A stretch of DNA of 64,000 bases. Origin: Callorhinchus milii (Eukaryota). Position numbers and translations under genes: made by a program. Below, piece by piece: positions 25,981 to 39,075 of the stretch; the stretch's first letter is position 1; every line of letters starts with the position of its first letter. The stretch is from positions 29,328,001 through 29,392,000 of the forward strand of contig NW_024704743.1 of assembly GCF_018977255.1 (NCBI RefSeq), read 5' to 3'. The notes under the pieces are model-generated. The model saw nothing but the letters and a program-made list of their open reading frames with translations. It had not been told where the DNA came from and ran no database searches.

Positions 25981-26479
25981 TTCAGCCATGGATATTGTGC
26001 TGTCGTATAATCTTCTGCTGTTTAGTTGCAGTTTGCTTCAAACCTCCTAATTCGCCAGTGAGTTAATCTGGATCCTCTGGTGTTGATGGAAGCTTTCCCA
26101 CTTGAGTATCTGACAATGTTACATTTGAGCTTTGTGTTCAGAGAAACCAAACGCTGGACCATCCACACCCACATGCAAAATAATAATCATTGCATTTGAA
26201 TCAGCTTTGAGATCTCTCAAAGTAGTACAAACAATTTTACTGTGAAGGGCAGTGACAGAGTATTTGTAGACAAACTCTGCAGCCAATTTGTGCTTATATT
26301 AGAGATGCCATCCACAGACAGCTATGAAGTGAATGACTTGTTTTTTGTTTTATCTGGAAGATCATCCTGACTGGCATATAACTGAATATATAATACTCCT
26401 CATCCTCTATCTCATTGTGCTGTGCAACACTGGGATGTGAGAGCTTATGCTAACTGATGATTTTGGAATTGAAGTCATT

Positions 26480-26752
26480 GCATCAAGTGGCAAATCTGCT
26501 ATGCGGAAACCCTCCTCCCTTATACAACCATCTGCAGCCTTCGTCACAACCACTGGAACTCTGCCTCTATCGCTCTGCCTCAACTCCTTTCTATCTATCC
26601 TCAAACCCCATCTTAAAACTTAACTCTTCAACCGCATCTGTGGTCACCTCTCGCTCTTCTTCTTAGCTCAATATCTACCCCAACCACTGAGAAGTGCTCC
26701 GAGACATCATCCCGTATGAAGAGCACCATATAAATGCAAGTTACTGTTGGTT
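26480..26752 (+). mobile_element. L2 3' end remnant
   Basis: gccttc...ctggaactctgcctc...cttaaaacttaactcttcaacc, followed by the tail stem-loop aagtgctccgagacatcatcccgtatgaagagcacc. Confidence 0.6.
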
Positions 26753-26883
26753 GGATGACTGGAGCTTTCTGTACTGGGATGAGATACAAGTACATGACGT
26801 ATCTGTTTATCTACAGATCTTAGTCCAATTTTCTATAAATGATTCTTCTGATATTCTACATAAATTTAAAATATTTGCATTTT

Positions 26884-27195
26884 GGAGTCCTGTAGCTCAG
26901 TGGTTAGAGCACTTGCCTTGCAAGCGAGAGAGCTGGGTTCGATTCCCGGCAGGGCGAAACCTTGGGCAAGTTTCCTTACTCCACACGCCTGATAATCATC
27001 CCTCAAAAAAAATCACAATAATAAATTAGTCACTTCAATCCACAACTGTTCGTGGAACACTGCTATGTGCAACTGACTACTGCGTTTTGCTCATAAATAT
27101 ACAGTTAATTCACTTTACAGTATATTCTGTGAAGAGCTTTGAGATGTCTAGAAGATGTGAAAAGCACTATATCAAATGCAAGGATTATTATTATT
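26884..27195 (+). mobile_element. Full-length tRNA(Ala-like)-derived SINE (family A) with intact Pol III A and B boxes
   Basis: A box TAGCTCAGTGG at 26893-26903, B box GGTTCGATTCC at 26936-26946, anticodon-loop-like CTTGCAA, then body, stem-loop and (TTA)n tail. Confidence 0.93.
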
Positions 27196-28292
27196 GTATT
27201 CCCAGCATCCATTCAGTCAGAATGGAAATGCATAAACAGTCTGGGTGGGTTGAGCTGTATTTTTTTCCCCCATCTGTGAAGATTACAAATCAACACTGTA
27301 AGATATCTGGCAACAAGTCAACTTCCTGCTCTCAGATTGTGAAACATGTTATTATGCATCTATTTGCCCAGGGGTGTGGAGGAAATACAAAAGAGTAGAA
27401 CACATGAAATAGAAGGGGTAGTTACTTTGATTCCCAAACTTCTTTTACGTATAATCATAAAGGTATATTGTGAACTGTGAATGAATTACAATTACAATTG
27501 TCTGTAGCTCAGATTCCACATAACTGAATGTCTGTTTCGGATAATGGATGTTCTCTCTCACCTCGCCAGGAACTCACCTCCATATTGCTGAATTTAAAAA
27601 AAAAGTGTCTTTAATGAGTGTGAAATTCTGAAAGAGAAAGTCAAGGAAATTGAAAAATAGAGAGTCAGAGAAGGAGAGAGAAATTAAGAAAGAAAACAGA
27701 AAAAAGCAGAGAGAGGGAAGGGCTGGACATGTGTGGTACTGTAGTGACCATATAACCCCTTGATTTTAGTAAGCATGTAAACAATTTGTATTTTAAGTAA
27801 TGATGTATTTCCTTATCCATAATGGATCTGGTCCCTAGTGCAAATTCTACAGAAATAATTAAAAGCATCAATTTCCATTACTATACAAAACACACATTTC
27901 TATTGCTCTGTTGTTAACTCAGGTTCACTAAAGACTAAACACTCATGATTCTTAAGCACCATGGGGTAAAAATGGGACATTTCCTAAGTACTTTTATGCA
28001 ATAAATCACCAAAATCCTGGGATTGCAACCTCTACACTTGAATTCCTTGAAATATGCATGAACATTTACATTCTTCAAGTGTTTAGAAGTGTAGTGACTG
28101 GATAAGGAGATTTCAGATTGGAAATTAAGGATTGTATAGTGGTCACAATGTTCTGATGTAATGGCTCACAATGACATCTTGTGGCATAATACATGGTAGC
28201 TACCAAGTTTCTCCGACCTTTGCTCGTGATCACATCATGACACAAATTACATTCCAGTCACTATGCAAGCTCCTCCCCATCAATTACATTTT

Positions 28293-28327
28293 TGGGGGGT
28301 GGAGGTGGGGGGGGGGGGGGGGGGAGG
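28293..28327. repeat. Poly-G / G-rich tract
   Basis: tggggggtggaggtg followed by a long G homopolymer. Confidence 0.85.
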
Positions 28328-28749
28328 ACAGTCCTTAGTCAAATAAAGGACCTATTGGGTTTAAAATTAAACAAAATAGCTCACGTACCAAAGGGTAAGT
28401 CTGTCATTAGCATTATCCTAACAGGAGAGGAAGAGAAATGACATTGCATGTTTAGGGAGTGAACTGGCTGACAAAAGCAGAGGGTCAGCAGCAACACTCA
28501 GCTAGCAACGAACTTGTGGATTTCTTTATTAACTGAAATAACAGAATTAATATCCTACACCTGAATTGGTTTAAGGGAGTTTTTTTTGTAGTACTTTTTG
28601 ACAGTTCAAGAAAATCAGTTCAAAACGTTTATGTCACAGTGATGCCTTATCAGTGGAAACAGAAGTTCTAGTTGCACTTCTCCACATGACAGTAGTTCAG
28701 AGATCAGCAGACATTTCTGAGGCACATTGGTATTCATTGAGTAGTGATT

Positions 28750-28890
28750 TTACTAGAATTACATTGAAAGTACAGCACCAAAGCAGGCCATTCAACCCAA
28801 CTGGTCCATGACGGCGTTCATGCTCCACATAAGCCTCCACCTATCCTCTTTCCCTCTCTGATACCTCTTTCTTTCCCTGCTCCCTCATGT
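28750..28890 (-). mobile_element. CR1 3'UTR remnant
   Basis: tacagcaccaaagcaggccattcaacccaactggtccatg matches the CR1 terminus at 25453-25500. Confidence 0.6.
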
Positions 28891-31082
28891 TTGCAAATTC
28901 TAACTTATTATATTGTATATTTTAATTCATTCTTCTTTTGTGTGAAGAGCAACCAATCCCCACCTCCAATAAACAAATGACAGTACAGAAATGATGTCAA
29001 AGTTAGCTGGGCAGCTTTTCTCCGCAGCTAACATACTTGTGTGTTCACCAAAGTGGCATTTTACTCAGTAAGATTCTTGGCAACCTTCAGTAAACTGGAA
29101 GTAACAAAACTGACCAAATAAGGCTGGGAATTTAAAATCGTACACATTACAGTATTAGCATTTAATTCTGTGCTTAACATAACGCAGTGCATAGCCTTGC
29201 CCTTGCGGTCCCAAGTCTTTTAAGTGATAACTTCAGTGAAGGAATGCAAATAATCTGAGCAGGCTTGCATTTTGTGTCCTGCCCGTCTGTTAATGTTCCC
29301 AAGCTCCTATCGCCAAGAGTGCTTTGCCAACTACTGTGAAGCACAATCTGTGACAAATGTATCCAAATAAGTATAAATTATGAGAGTTCCAGTCAGCACT
29401 GATTTACTTTCGGAATAACAACACATTAAACAAGACTGCCCAGAGTAACCTGACCAGGAGGCTGATTACTGCTAAATGTGTAAAGTGAAGTTACCCATTT
29501 ACTTACTGCCTGGCGGCTGTCCAAATCTATCCATGTAAGTTACTGGTTACTATGTGCATCCATCTGACGGGATGATATACTTCAATACAGCAAGCGTAAA
29601 AATGGATTGACATCGCCTCACTAAACATTAACTTTTATGATGCACGCTGCACTGTACAACAGTAGCTGTGCTTAAAAAGCCTCCATCAAGATATATTGTG
29701 TATATTATTTGAAGAACTTGGTATCTCTGATGTTCAAAACTTAAAATGCTCCCTCAATAGCCCAAACTGTATAGGTTAAAAAGGCAAAAAACAGAGAACA
29801 GTCAAGAAAAAAGCTTAACACACTTGACCTCTGGGCGTAATATTTGGCCTGTCAAACAAAAAAAACATGGAAGTGAATCGTAACTCATGAAAACTGAAAG
29901 GAAATGAAATCATTTGTAATAAACTGGTTGCAACAGAACCTACATTTTAGAAAAGCATTTACTTGATTTTCCATCAAGCTATATAAAGGTTCTGTTTTAG
30001 CACTGTTCTATACATTTTCAGTCAATTCACAGTATATTTCCATTAAACATGGAGCATTTAATGGGTTGCACACCTCAAGAATAAAGTAGCCAGACCAAGA
30101 GAGAGAGATTCAATGTCTTTGTATCACAGCAGCTTCAACTGTCTGGCTCCACAATTCAACTTTTAACCCTTAAACAAAGTCTTCCTGGAGTGTGTCGTTT
30201 CCCCTCCTGTCAATTTTTCCCAGATTTTTTATGTTGCCCATGGAAATATTTATGTCTGTGCACTGATCTGACCTGGCCTCATTTTTATTGCGATATCTAT
30301 ATTTAGATGCATTTTTTGCGCAAACCAAATTCGAAATGAATACACAAGATGTTTCATTCAGCAGTGGTATCAGGGCAGATCAAACGTGTGGCACAGACAC
30401 AACGGACTGAATTACCTCCTTCTGTGCTGAACATTTCTATTTAAGGGAATGGCCAGTCTGGCTGTGACCAAGTGTAAACCAAGCTAGCTGTCAGTACTGA
30501 CTCAGTTTAGCCATCAACTAAGTCAAAGTTGCTCAAAGCAACTTTCTGCAATATCTGTGTAATAGAGGGGGAGGGCAGAACGGAAATCAAAGTGGACAGT
30601 GTGTAGCCTTGTGAGGCATATACTCTTCACACAGTGAATCAGACTCCAATTGGTTTTAACAAATGGTTATTGGGTCAACATGCCACTTAACTGCAGAGAG
30701 ACGCCATTAACCTTTGACACAAAATTAGCAACATTATCAGATTTCCAACAATTACACAGACCCCCTAATTTTATTGCACAGATCAGTTTTTATCTGAAAC
30801 ACATTTTTTTTCTTTCAAAGCAACGCCCAGCTGAGTGATGGCAACAAACCTGTGTGTTGCCTCAATGTTTTTTTTAATAATGTGGAAACGTCAAAAAAAA
30901 AAGCTCTGTATCTTTCAGTCCTGGTGTCATTATCTTGCTTGTCTAAAATATTTCAATCTTAAATTATTGACTTCACAAATAGGTCGACAGTACTGCTGTG
31001 ATCAAGCCTTTCCCTCCCCCCAAAAGGCCTTCAAATAGAAATTCCTTTGGAAGAGTTTAGACACATTGTAAACATACAGCAG

Positions 31083-31392
31083 TGTCAGTTTGGCTCAGTT
31101 AATAGCACTCTCTCCTCCAGGTCAGAAGGTTCAAACTCCACGTGGGACTTTTTGAGCTGTCCAGGCTGACACTTCAGTGCAGTACTGGCCGAGCGCTGCA
31201 TTGTTGGAGGTAATGTTGTTTGGATGAGATGTCAAACCGGGATCCCATATGCTTGTGGGGTGAATGGTACCATCGTATGAACTCATTTTAAAAGAGCAAT
31301 GTTTCCTGGTGTCATGGCCAACGTTCTGCCAGGTTAACTGGTCATTCACTTTCATGGTTGTTTGAGGATCTTTGTTGGTGCAAATGACTATC
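31083..31392 (+). mobile_element. Deu-domain SINE, 3' truncated
   Basis: tgtcagtttggctcagttaatagcactc head; gctgcattgttggaggtaatgttgtttggatgagatgtcaaaccggg...ctggtgtcatggccaac Deu-like core. Confidence 0.75.
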
Positions 31393-32899
31393 ATATTTAA
31401 GTACAAAAAGTCACTAAACCAAACTTATTTTAAAAGACCATTTTAAAATAGTTTTTCTCCCTTTTCCTGGGTCTCTCTGGACCATGTACCATTCACAGGC
31501 TGAGTGGGCAGGGAGGTAGGCAGGAGACATGTAATCGTCCCTCAACAGCAAGAGGCACTTAGCACGACAATGAAGATGCAATGAAGCGACTTGTTTGCGA
31601 CTGTCTGTGTGAAATAGCACTTTGAGACATCCTCCCGACATAAAAGGCTCTATATAAATGTAAATTGTATTGTACCTGGAGGAGGGTGCTTGAACCTATT
31701 TGTTCCCTGTTATTGCAAGTGCACAGCAAATGTCCCAATCTCATTGTCCGGAAAAAGGGGAAATGAAGGGTGTGAACTTGGATCCTTCCACTCGGTGGCA
31801 CAGCGCACTGTAGCACAACTCTTCGAAACGTCTTTAGTCCTGATCCCAGCATTGCAGCAGCTGTTTGAGCAGTCAGTAAGTAAAGAGGAATCATCCTCAC
31901 GAAAACGTGTTTCAGGGATATGTTTAGGGCTGGGGGAGCGAGAAGCAGAGACACACACCACTTTGGTCACAATGGCATGACTCACTAATTTCAACTTTTT
32001 GTAGTACTATATAAAAAAAGAATCATTTTGTTTATGGAGACAGTGCCCCCTTAAGCTTATAATTAACTTAGCATTGCAGTGAAAGTGAGTGAGTGGTCTA
32101 ATGTGCCTGGAAAAGATATGATCAATGACTATTCTACATTGCTGCCTCAATCAATCAACCTCAGTCACAAGCAGGCAATGCAAACGGAGTCGGGTCGTAT
32201 TTCCATAGACAATAATTAGTTATAAATACACCACACACTTATGAAGTTTAGATCCACTTTACATAAACATTGCACTGGGTAAGGTGCCAAAAGGTTATTA
32301 ATCTCTGCAATACCTATTGCTTGTGGACTGCATTTTGTTTTCAAAAGGGAATTTAGGAACAGCCCTCAGTCCCAGCAATGCACCATTCATTTTACTGCTG
32401 CTATTAACTCATTAGAGACAGCTTGTTAGCCAGGACAATGGGCTGCTTGAGCAAACCAAGGCTGCAGGCCATTTCCATTTCACTCCACTGGATATTTAAC
32501 TGGTTCTAACATCCACAAAGACCTGATTGACAGCACAATATTTCATTATGATCAAAGTATGGATCAGGCTTGTTTTCATTTTAATCCCCTTCCAGGCTAT
32601 TATAAAATTAAGAAAATAAAACTAGTTAACTCAATGAGAGAAAGAGAGAAAACTGCATTAACTGGAAATGGACCACAGCGACAATAAACTGAACTTCCAG
32701 ACCTCAAGACCAAAAAGCTGGTAAATTTTCATTAGCCTTTAAATAACACAACATACTTTCCGGGGGTCATAGAACCATGAGCGAAATATGAAGTTCTTCT
32801 CCTTTATAAATGGACTGTTAGTCATCAAGAAAACAAACTACTGTTTTCATTTTATTGTATGTACATCAACAGCTGGGAAGGTGTGTATGTGTTTAACAG

Positions 32900-33130
32900 T
32901 GGCATCATTTATTGTGTGCAGATTGGATACTGTGTTTGCCTACTGAGTGCATGGTCACTACACCTTATGTGAATGTGAAGTGCTTTGAAACATCCTCCTG
33001 ACATATAAGGACTATTATTACATTATTATAAATGAGTAATAGTATATAGTTTAAATAATATAATAGTTCTTGCATTTGATATAACGCCTTATCAAGTCTT
33101 CGAGACATCTCAAAGCGTTTCACAGAATCA
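32900..33130. mobile_element. Two SINE tails arranged tail-to-tail (32900-33030 +, 33050-33130 -)
   Basis: gaagtgctttgaaacatcctcctgacatataagg, then ttgcatttgatataacgccttatcaagtcttcgagacatctcaaagcg. Confidence 0.7.
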
Positions 33131-34784
33131 GCCAGAAATTATCTGGTTGTGCTGGAGGTGGTACTACTTTCCCTCCCCAACCCTTCTTTTGATGCTAACA
33201 TCCATTAAACTGCGTTGTGCTTTTGACTTCCAGCTCATGGACTTAATTTCCATTTGATTGCCAGTTAGTGGGATTGAAGTGTATTTTGTTTGCATAAAGC
33301 TAAATGCTGGCCAGCAGTCGAATGCAAGATCTGGCTTCATGAATGTCAGTCGTCGCTCCATTGTTACCTCCATTTCAGGCAAAAGGGAAGAATGTATGAG
33401 CTCTGAGGGAGGGTAACACCTTCAACACTATCATTCTCGTTCATACTCAGCTTGACCTCTGGAATTGGGAGCTGTGAGAGAGCATACAGTCCCAGTGGAG
33501 CAGCCAACTCCAACACAGGCTCAAATCAAATAACCTCCTTGGATCACTGGTCATCTAAAAATCAAACCTTGAACCTCATTTCATTTTGACGGTAACAGCG
33601 GAGGGTGTGACATGCGGTTTAAATTAAGAAATTCCCAAGGTATGAAGTATTTATGATCTGGATGTGTTGGAGGTGGGGCCTTTTTCACTGTATTGTCATT
33701 GTTATGATTCTATGTGAAAGTACATTCACATGGTGCATTTATATAGACCACTAAAATTATGGAACAGAATTGGTTTGATTTCCAGGGACAAATATCCTGT
33801 GATGAACAATACCCGTACTTGCAGTTTGAACGTTGGCAAACAAAACAGCACATGGGTGAGAATTCAATCCGAAAGCATCTTATGGATATATTTTGGAGCA
33901 AATGTAGAGATGTGTCAAAAGGTTTTATGTTTTCATGAATTTAAACTTAATAAAAAGCAAACATCGTTCTTGGGCAAAAAAAAAGCATCACAATGTCCAC
34001 TTGTTGCTTGAGAGTGTTATGAAAAGGGGCTGAACTACGGGAGTATTGCCAGGATTTATAGGCCTTAAAAGCCTATAATAATGGCTTCTAAGGCAATTCT
34101 GCCATGCTAGAAGTTTTCTTTGACCGGGGTAATAATAAAGAAGGCACTTATAGACCCAAAATGAATTGGGTCTGTGTGCATGGTATGTGAGAGCAGGCAT
34201 TAGCACTTGAATTCCCAGAGGTCGGTTCATCTGGTGTTTGAGTAAAATAAAGGGAAGAACTTTGAAAGTTTATCTGGACCTGTGATTTGTGAAATCCTTT
34301 GTAAGCTTCTGCACTGTGACACTGTGCATCTATGGTCCAAGTGCTAAGCCACAGACTGGTGGGCCTCACACCTGCCGGCTTTTAGGCTTCGGTCCTGTTG
34401 ATGGTGGAGGCACTTCCCCAAACAGGAAAGTGTGGGAAGGGAGGAAGGGAAAAGAAATTCATACATAAAAAAAAGTATTGTCAGATGATTTGCCTCAGGA
34501 TACTCTCATGCAACTGCCTGTGACTAGCTCTAGTGTGGTGTAGAAAATGAACCTGAGAACTTTTCTGGTCACTCAGAGACTAGTTCATAGCCGGAGGAAA
34601 CAATGTAGTGTACTGTATCCTCAATTAATATAGTAATAGCCTGTAAATCAATTCTAATACATCACCATCACCCCATACACAAGAATATCTACCCATTATT
34701 TTGGGTTAATCCTCACAAAAGACGACCATAAAATACAACAACCTTTGAAAAAAAGTAACTTTGTTCACAAAACAAATTTCTAAT

Positions 34785-34845
34785 CAACAACAACAACAAA
34801 ATTACATTTATATAGCGCCTTTCACGTCGAGAGGAAGTCCCAACG
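34785..34845 (-). mobile_element. Ultra-short L2 3' end
   Basis: caacaacaacaacaaaattacatttatatagcgcctttcacgtcgagaggaagtcccaa. Confidence 0.8.
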
Positions 34846-35895
34846 TATAAAAGCACTGAATGGCTTCACTAAATCACCTGTAGGACAGTGCAGCACTGGG
34901 CACATGTGGAATCCGAGCTGACAATATAGGCCCTCAGCAACAATGTTAACATAGCAGAATGGGCCTGTTGTCATTTACCTTGTTGCTTGTAAACACAGGC
35001 TTAATATAGCGGGACATTTAAGGCAATTAGCTGCATACCTACTGAACTTGGTGCTCAGAGGATGACATAATGGAAGTTTAATTTAGGTGTGTTAGGTTCT
35101 TTTGTTACTGCAGCTTTGTGTTAATGAAGGATTCAAGGGTGAACAGATCAAGTATTATTGCACTGGGATTCTCTGTACAGTATATACCTGCAGAGGTGCA
35201 GGCTTTACTCAGTAAATGGTGTCACATTATGTACGATTAGAGTTCATGCTACATAATTGTATCTCAACAATGAAGCATAGGGTCTGAATTTCTTGGGTTA
35301 CTATGTGATGACAGCTATAAGCTATAATTATACTGTAGTTGAGCTATGTGCTGTTAATGTAATAACAGTTACACTGGGGTTCTCTGCAGAGACCTTCAGT
35401 CTGGAAAAAAAAATCAATTTTCTACTTGTTAGACGGCCTGCTGCAGGTAACTGCAGACAGCAAAAAAAAATGAAGAAAACTACTGTGAGGTTATTTAACA
35501 TTAAACATCATGAACAGTTCACGTAGTGCTCTGAAGTATTTCAGAGAGACTATAAATAACTGCAGCTTTTGAAACACTACAGCTCGTTTAATTGCTGCAG
35601 TTGCTACGATTAGAATGATAAGAAAACTATGTGCTGCTTTGCATGGAGGCTTTTGCAATGTTTTTTAAAATGTCCATTCAGCCCGTGTGGGTCAAGAAAT
35701 GCAATGCTGACTTTCTCCTGCTCCCGTCATGTGCTGCAACAACAATTAGACAATTATGGTCGCTTGTTCTTAATTCAGGTCTTTTCGCTGTTTAAAGCCA
35801 TCGTAATAATTCAAATAAAAAGGATGCTTTTTACATGAACTTCAGGATGTGCTCTGGAAAAGGACAAGTGAAAAGCCTCCCGAATCATCGTAATG

Positions 35896-35961
35896 CAATA
35901 ACAACAACAACATTACATTTGTATAGCGCCTTTCAAGTCGGGAGGACGTCCCAAGGCACTG
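35896..35961 (-). mobile_element. Ultra-short L2 3' end
   Basis: aacaacaacaacattacatttgtatagcgcctttcaagtcgggaggacgtcccaaggcactg. Confidence 0.8.
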
Positions 35962-36353
35962 AAGCTGAAGCCTTTGTAGGTCTCCTGTAAATTGCAACTT
36001 AAGAGCTAAGTCCTTATCCTTTCTATACAATTAAACATAAAGAAAGACAAAGTGTATGTAAAAAATAAGGTCCCTTTTTTCCTTCAGCGGTGCTAGTGTG
36101 AGCATTGATTCCTCTGCATGCCATGATTAGACATGCATTCTCATTACACAGCTGCAGAATTTGGGACCATTTCTCCCAGATAAAACCACGCTGTTTTACT
36201 TCAGGACTGAACCTGATCCCTGTCTATGGTGCCGGTTCACCTCCAGCTGCCTGTACAGTGTTTCACACTAAGCCCCTTGTTTATATCAGTCCGGCAAGTA
36301 AGCCCAGGCCAAAGAGGGAAGTCCCAAAGAGGGTGTCAAAAGTGCAAGGCTGC

Positions 36354-36557
36354 GAGTTGAATTTCAACCCATTTCCAGTGGCCATTTCAGGACATCTCAA
36401 AAAGCTGAATCACCCTTCCAAATTGACTACCACTACATTCTACCAGCCTGAAGTAATTTCCAATGTTAGACTGAAACCCAAAGCAGCCGGCCAACCTCAT
36501 ACTTGGCTTCGCCCGGTTTGACAATAAAAATGTCCTGTGAATGGCCAAATTCAACTC
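36354..36557. mobile_element. Palindromic MITE-like element
   Basis: Outer inverted pair gagttgaattt / aaattcaactc (perfect 11 bp) and inner pair tggccatttcaggacat / atgtcctgtgaatggcca. Confidence 0.55.
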
Positions 36558-37220
36558 AACTTGAAATTTGTGCGACACTTTTTATTCTGTTTTCTTAAAA
36601 ATGTTTGAAATCCATTAAACTTATTGTACCCTTTGATGGGAAGCATTCTAAGAACATTTGTACGATCTGAAAACAGTAGCTGCTCTTTAAATCACTTTTT
36701 TAAAAAAGTCCCGATATTTATAGAGACACCTAATACCGTGCATTTGTTCTGAATAGGCCTGCTTGGTACTTATCTCACCGATACAAGTATATTTTAATAG
36801 CTGCTATTTAAATAATGATGCACTAAAGAAAAGGCAACGTAACAGTTCGTATTTTTACCACACTGTGTTTTAGGTATATTAATCCCCATGGTAGTAAATT
36901 ACTGCTTGCCGCCCTGTTCAAGATGTAGAGACATCACCCTCTTGGTTTCTTTAGTACACATGAATTGTGACAGCTTCATGCTTGGATTCGTGCAAAGAAC
37001 GTTCTGCCAGGATGTATGGGAATGCTCACAAACATAAAACATTACTGCAAATATCCAACTGCCTAATAAATCACACCAACCACTGGAGCCCAAAGGGAGC
37101 AAACAGCAGCATCTTGAGACATTCAATCACACTGAGTTCCTGTCTACAGACTGCTCCCTTCTTTGGATCCCAAAGCCAGCATACTTCACACCATGTTGCC
37201 ACTACATTACCCACCTTCTG

Positions 37221-37930
37221 CAACAACAACTTGCACTTATATAGGATCTATCACATTGAATGAATGTCTTGAAGTACTTAGAAAATATGATAAGGAATGT
37301 TGAGCAGCAAGAAGAGGGGGAATTTAGGAAAAGCATGGCCGAAAAGATATGTTTTTAGGAGGGTTTTGAAGGTAGCAAGATGATAAGCACAAGTGAGCAA
37401 TATTCCAAGGAAGAAAAAGGGTTGTCTCAGGCAATGGACCAGATGTGGGGGTTGATGCACAGCACAGAATGCCAAGATTGAGCACTGGCTCATAAAGTTT
37501 GAGAAAGCAGCTAGGGAGCATTACGGAATCCATGCCACAGGAGGGAAGACACTGGTGAGAACTAAATAAGATGGCTTCAACATTTAGCGATGTTCAGTTG
37601 AAAGACTTAAATTGAGAACAAGATGTCGTACAGCAACAGTTGTGGAAGTGTGGGCAAGAACAGAGAGGAAAGAGCTGTGTGTTACGTGTGGGTGATGCCT
37701 CCAACGTGAAACATACATATTAGGAATAGAGAAAAATCAAGGTTGGAGTCCTATGATTCAGTAGAGGAGACCGTGCAAGGAGCTGTTAGAGGAAATATAG
37801 TGGAGACCCCGAAACAGCTAAGAGTGGAACCACAAATGGCCAATGCCTCAGAGGTAGATCAAAGAGGAGAGACGATACAATTTAGAAATGGCTTCATACA
37901 TCACCAGAATTGTAAGCAACTAGAGAAGCT
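37221..37930 (-). mobile_element. Old L2 LINE fragment
   Basis: (CAA)n tail at 37221; minus strand encodes TFKTLLKTYLFGHAF, the L2 ORF2 terminal motif; the upstream part is decayed and RT-like. Confidence 0.65.
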
Positions 37931-38297
37931 TTTTATTTTTAAGCATATTATCCCCATTTTCCCACCTTCTTTATACACCTAACCCCTGCACCAGTTGACA
38001 CAAATCCAGGCAGGTGTCTCTGATGTCTCCATCATCTCTGCCAATGCTAGGCCATGATGTGCCAGTGAGAGCTGCTTACGTATAATCCTAGGTAGAACCC
38101 CACTATATTTTCCAGCTTCTCACCGCTATGATAGACAACTCAACAGTTTAACAATCTACAGGATGCTGTATGTATGCTTATCAAGGGAAAGTGAAAGTAG
38201 TTCCTTGTAAATCCATGTAGTAGTGCTGTGCTACTGCTCAATTGCTGCTGCTGATTTGCAAGCAGTAACATATGCAACAACCAACAATATAACAACA

Positions 38298-38360
38298 CTA
38301 CAACAACAATTTGCATTTATATAGCGCCCTTCACGCAGAATAGCGTCCAGGAGCACTTCC
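38298..38360 (-). mobile_element. Short L2/SINE tail
   Basis: caacaacaatttgcatttatatagcgcccttcacgcagaatagcgtccaggagcactt. Confidence 0.65.
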
Positions 38361-38729
38361 AACAAGTAGTTTCCCGTCTTGTTATCCAAATATGTTTATG
38401 TTGCATTCAATGTGATTTTCACCGAATCACAGACATTACAATTTAGAAGTCCATTTCAGTGGTGACTAATTGGTTGGCCAACAAAAATAATCATAGAAAT
38501 AACAAAATAGCACAGATTTATGGGATAAAATCAAGAAATATTCAACCAAGAAACATTTTATTTTGATGACCAACCAAAACGATTTAGCCCACTGCTTTAG
38601 CCCATTGAAGCCTATGCTGGTGATGTCAGCTCCTCTACTGGAGCTATACACTCTAATCCCAGTTACATGCTCTAATCTGTTATCCCATTATATTGCTCCT
38701 TTTCACATACTCCCTTTCAATATACAAAA

Positions 38730-38832
38730 TAAACAGTCAAACCACTTTACAGTATATCCTGTGAAGTGCTTTGAGATGCCTCAAATACGTGATAAGTCAC
38801 TATATCAAATGCAAGGATTATTATTATTATTA
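38730..38832 (+). mobile_element. SINE family A 3' fragment
   Basis: cactttacagtatatcctgtgaagtgctttgagatgcctc...tatatcaaatgcaaggattattattattatt. Confidence 0.8.
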
Positions 38833-38874
38833 TACAGCATCGTATCATTTATAAAAATCGAGGAACTTCACAAC

Positions 38875-39075
38875 TCTGAGAGGTTTTGAAAGGATAATAG
38901 TGAAAGATTATTCCCTCGGGATAGTAAATCGGTAACAAGTGGGTATAAACTCAGGATTGTGACTGGAAGAATTCCCCTTTTAAATGTTATTCAGTATTCA
39001 CTCATGACAAAGCATTCCATGTTTGAATGACCTTCTGTGTGAAACTGTTTCTTCTGATGTCCCGCTTAGCTCTAT
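38875..39075. mobile_element. Two CR1 3' pieces in opposite orientation
   Basis: Plus piece encodes GFERIIVKDYSL / GYKLRIVTGRI-like sequence; minus piece encodes KRDIRRNSFTQKVIQTWNAL. Confidence 0.55.

Noticed and set aside
26884..26957. tRNA-Ala-like gene (also at 11604-11677 and 24366-24439)
   Set aside because: The acceptor stem does not close properly and the sequence continues into a SINE body and tail, so these are SINE heads.
36105..36521. 138-aa ORF
   Set aside because: It overlaps a palindromic MITE-like element and has no recognisable domain or splice context.
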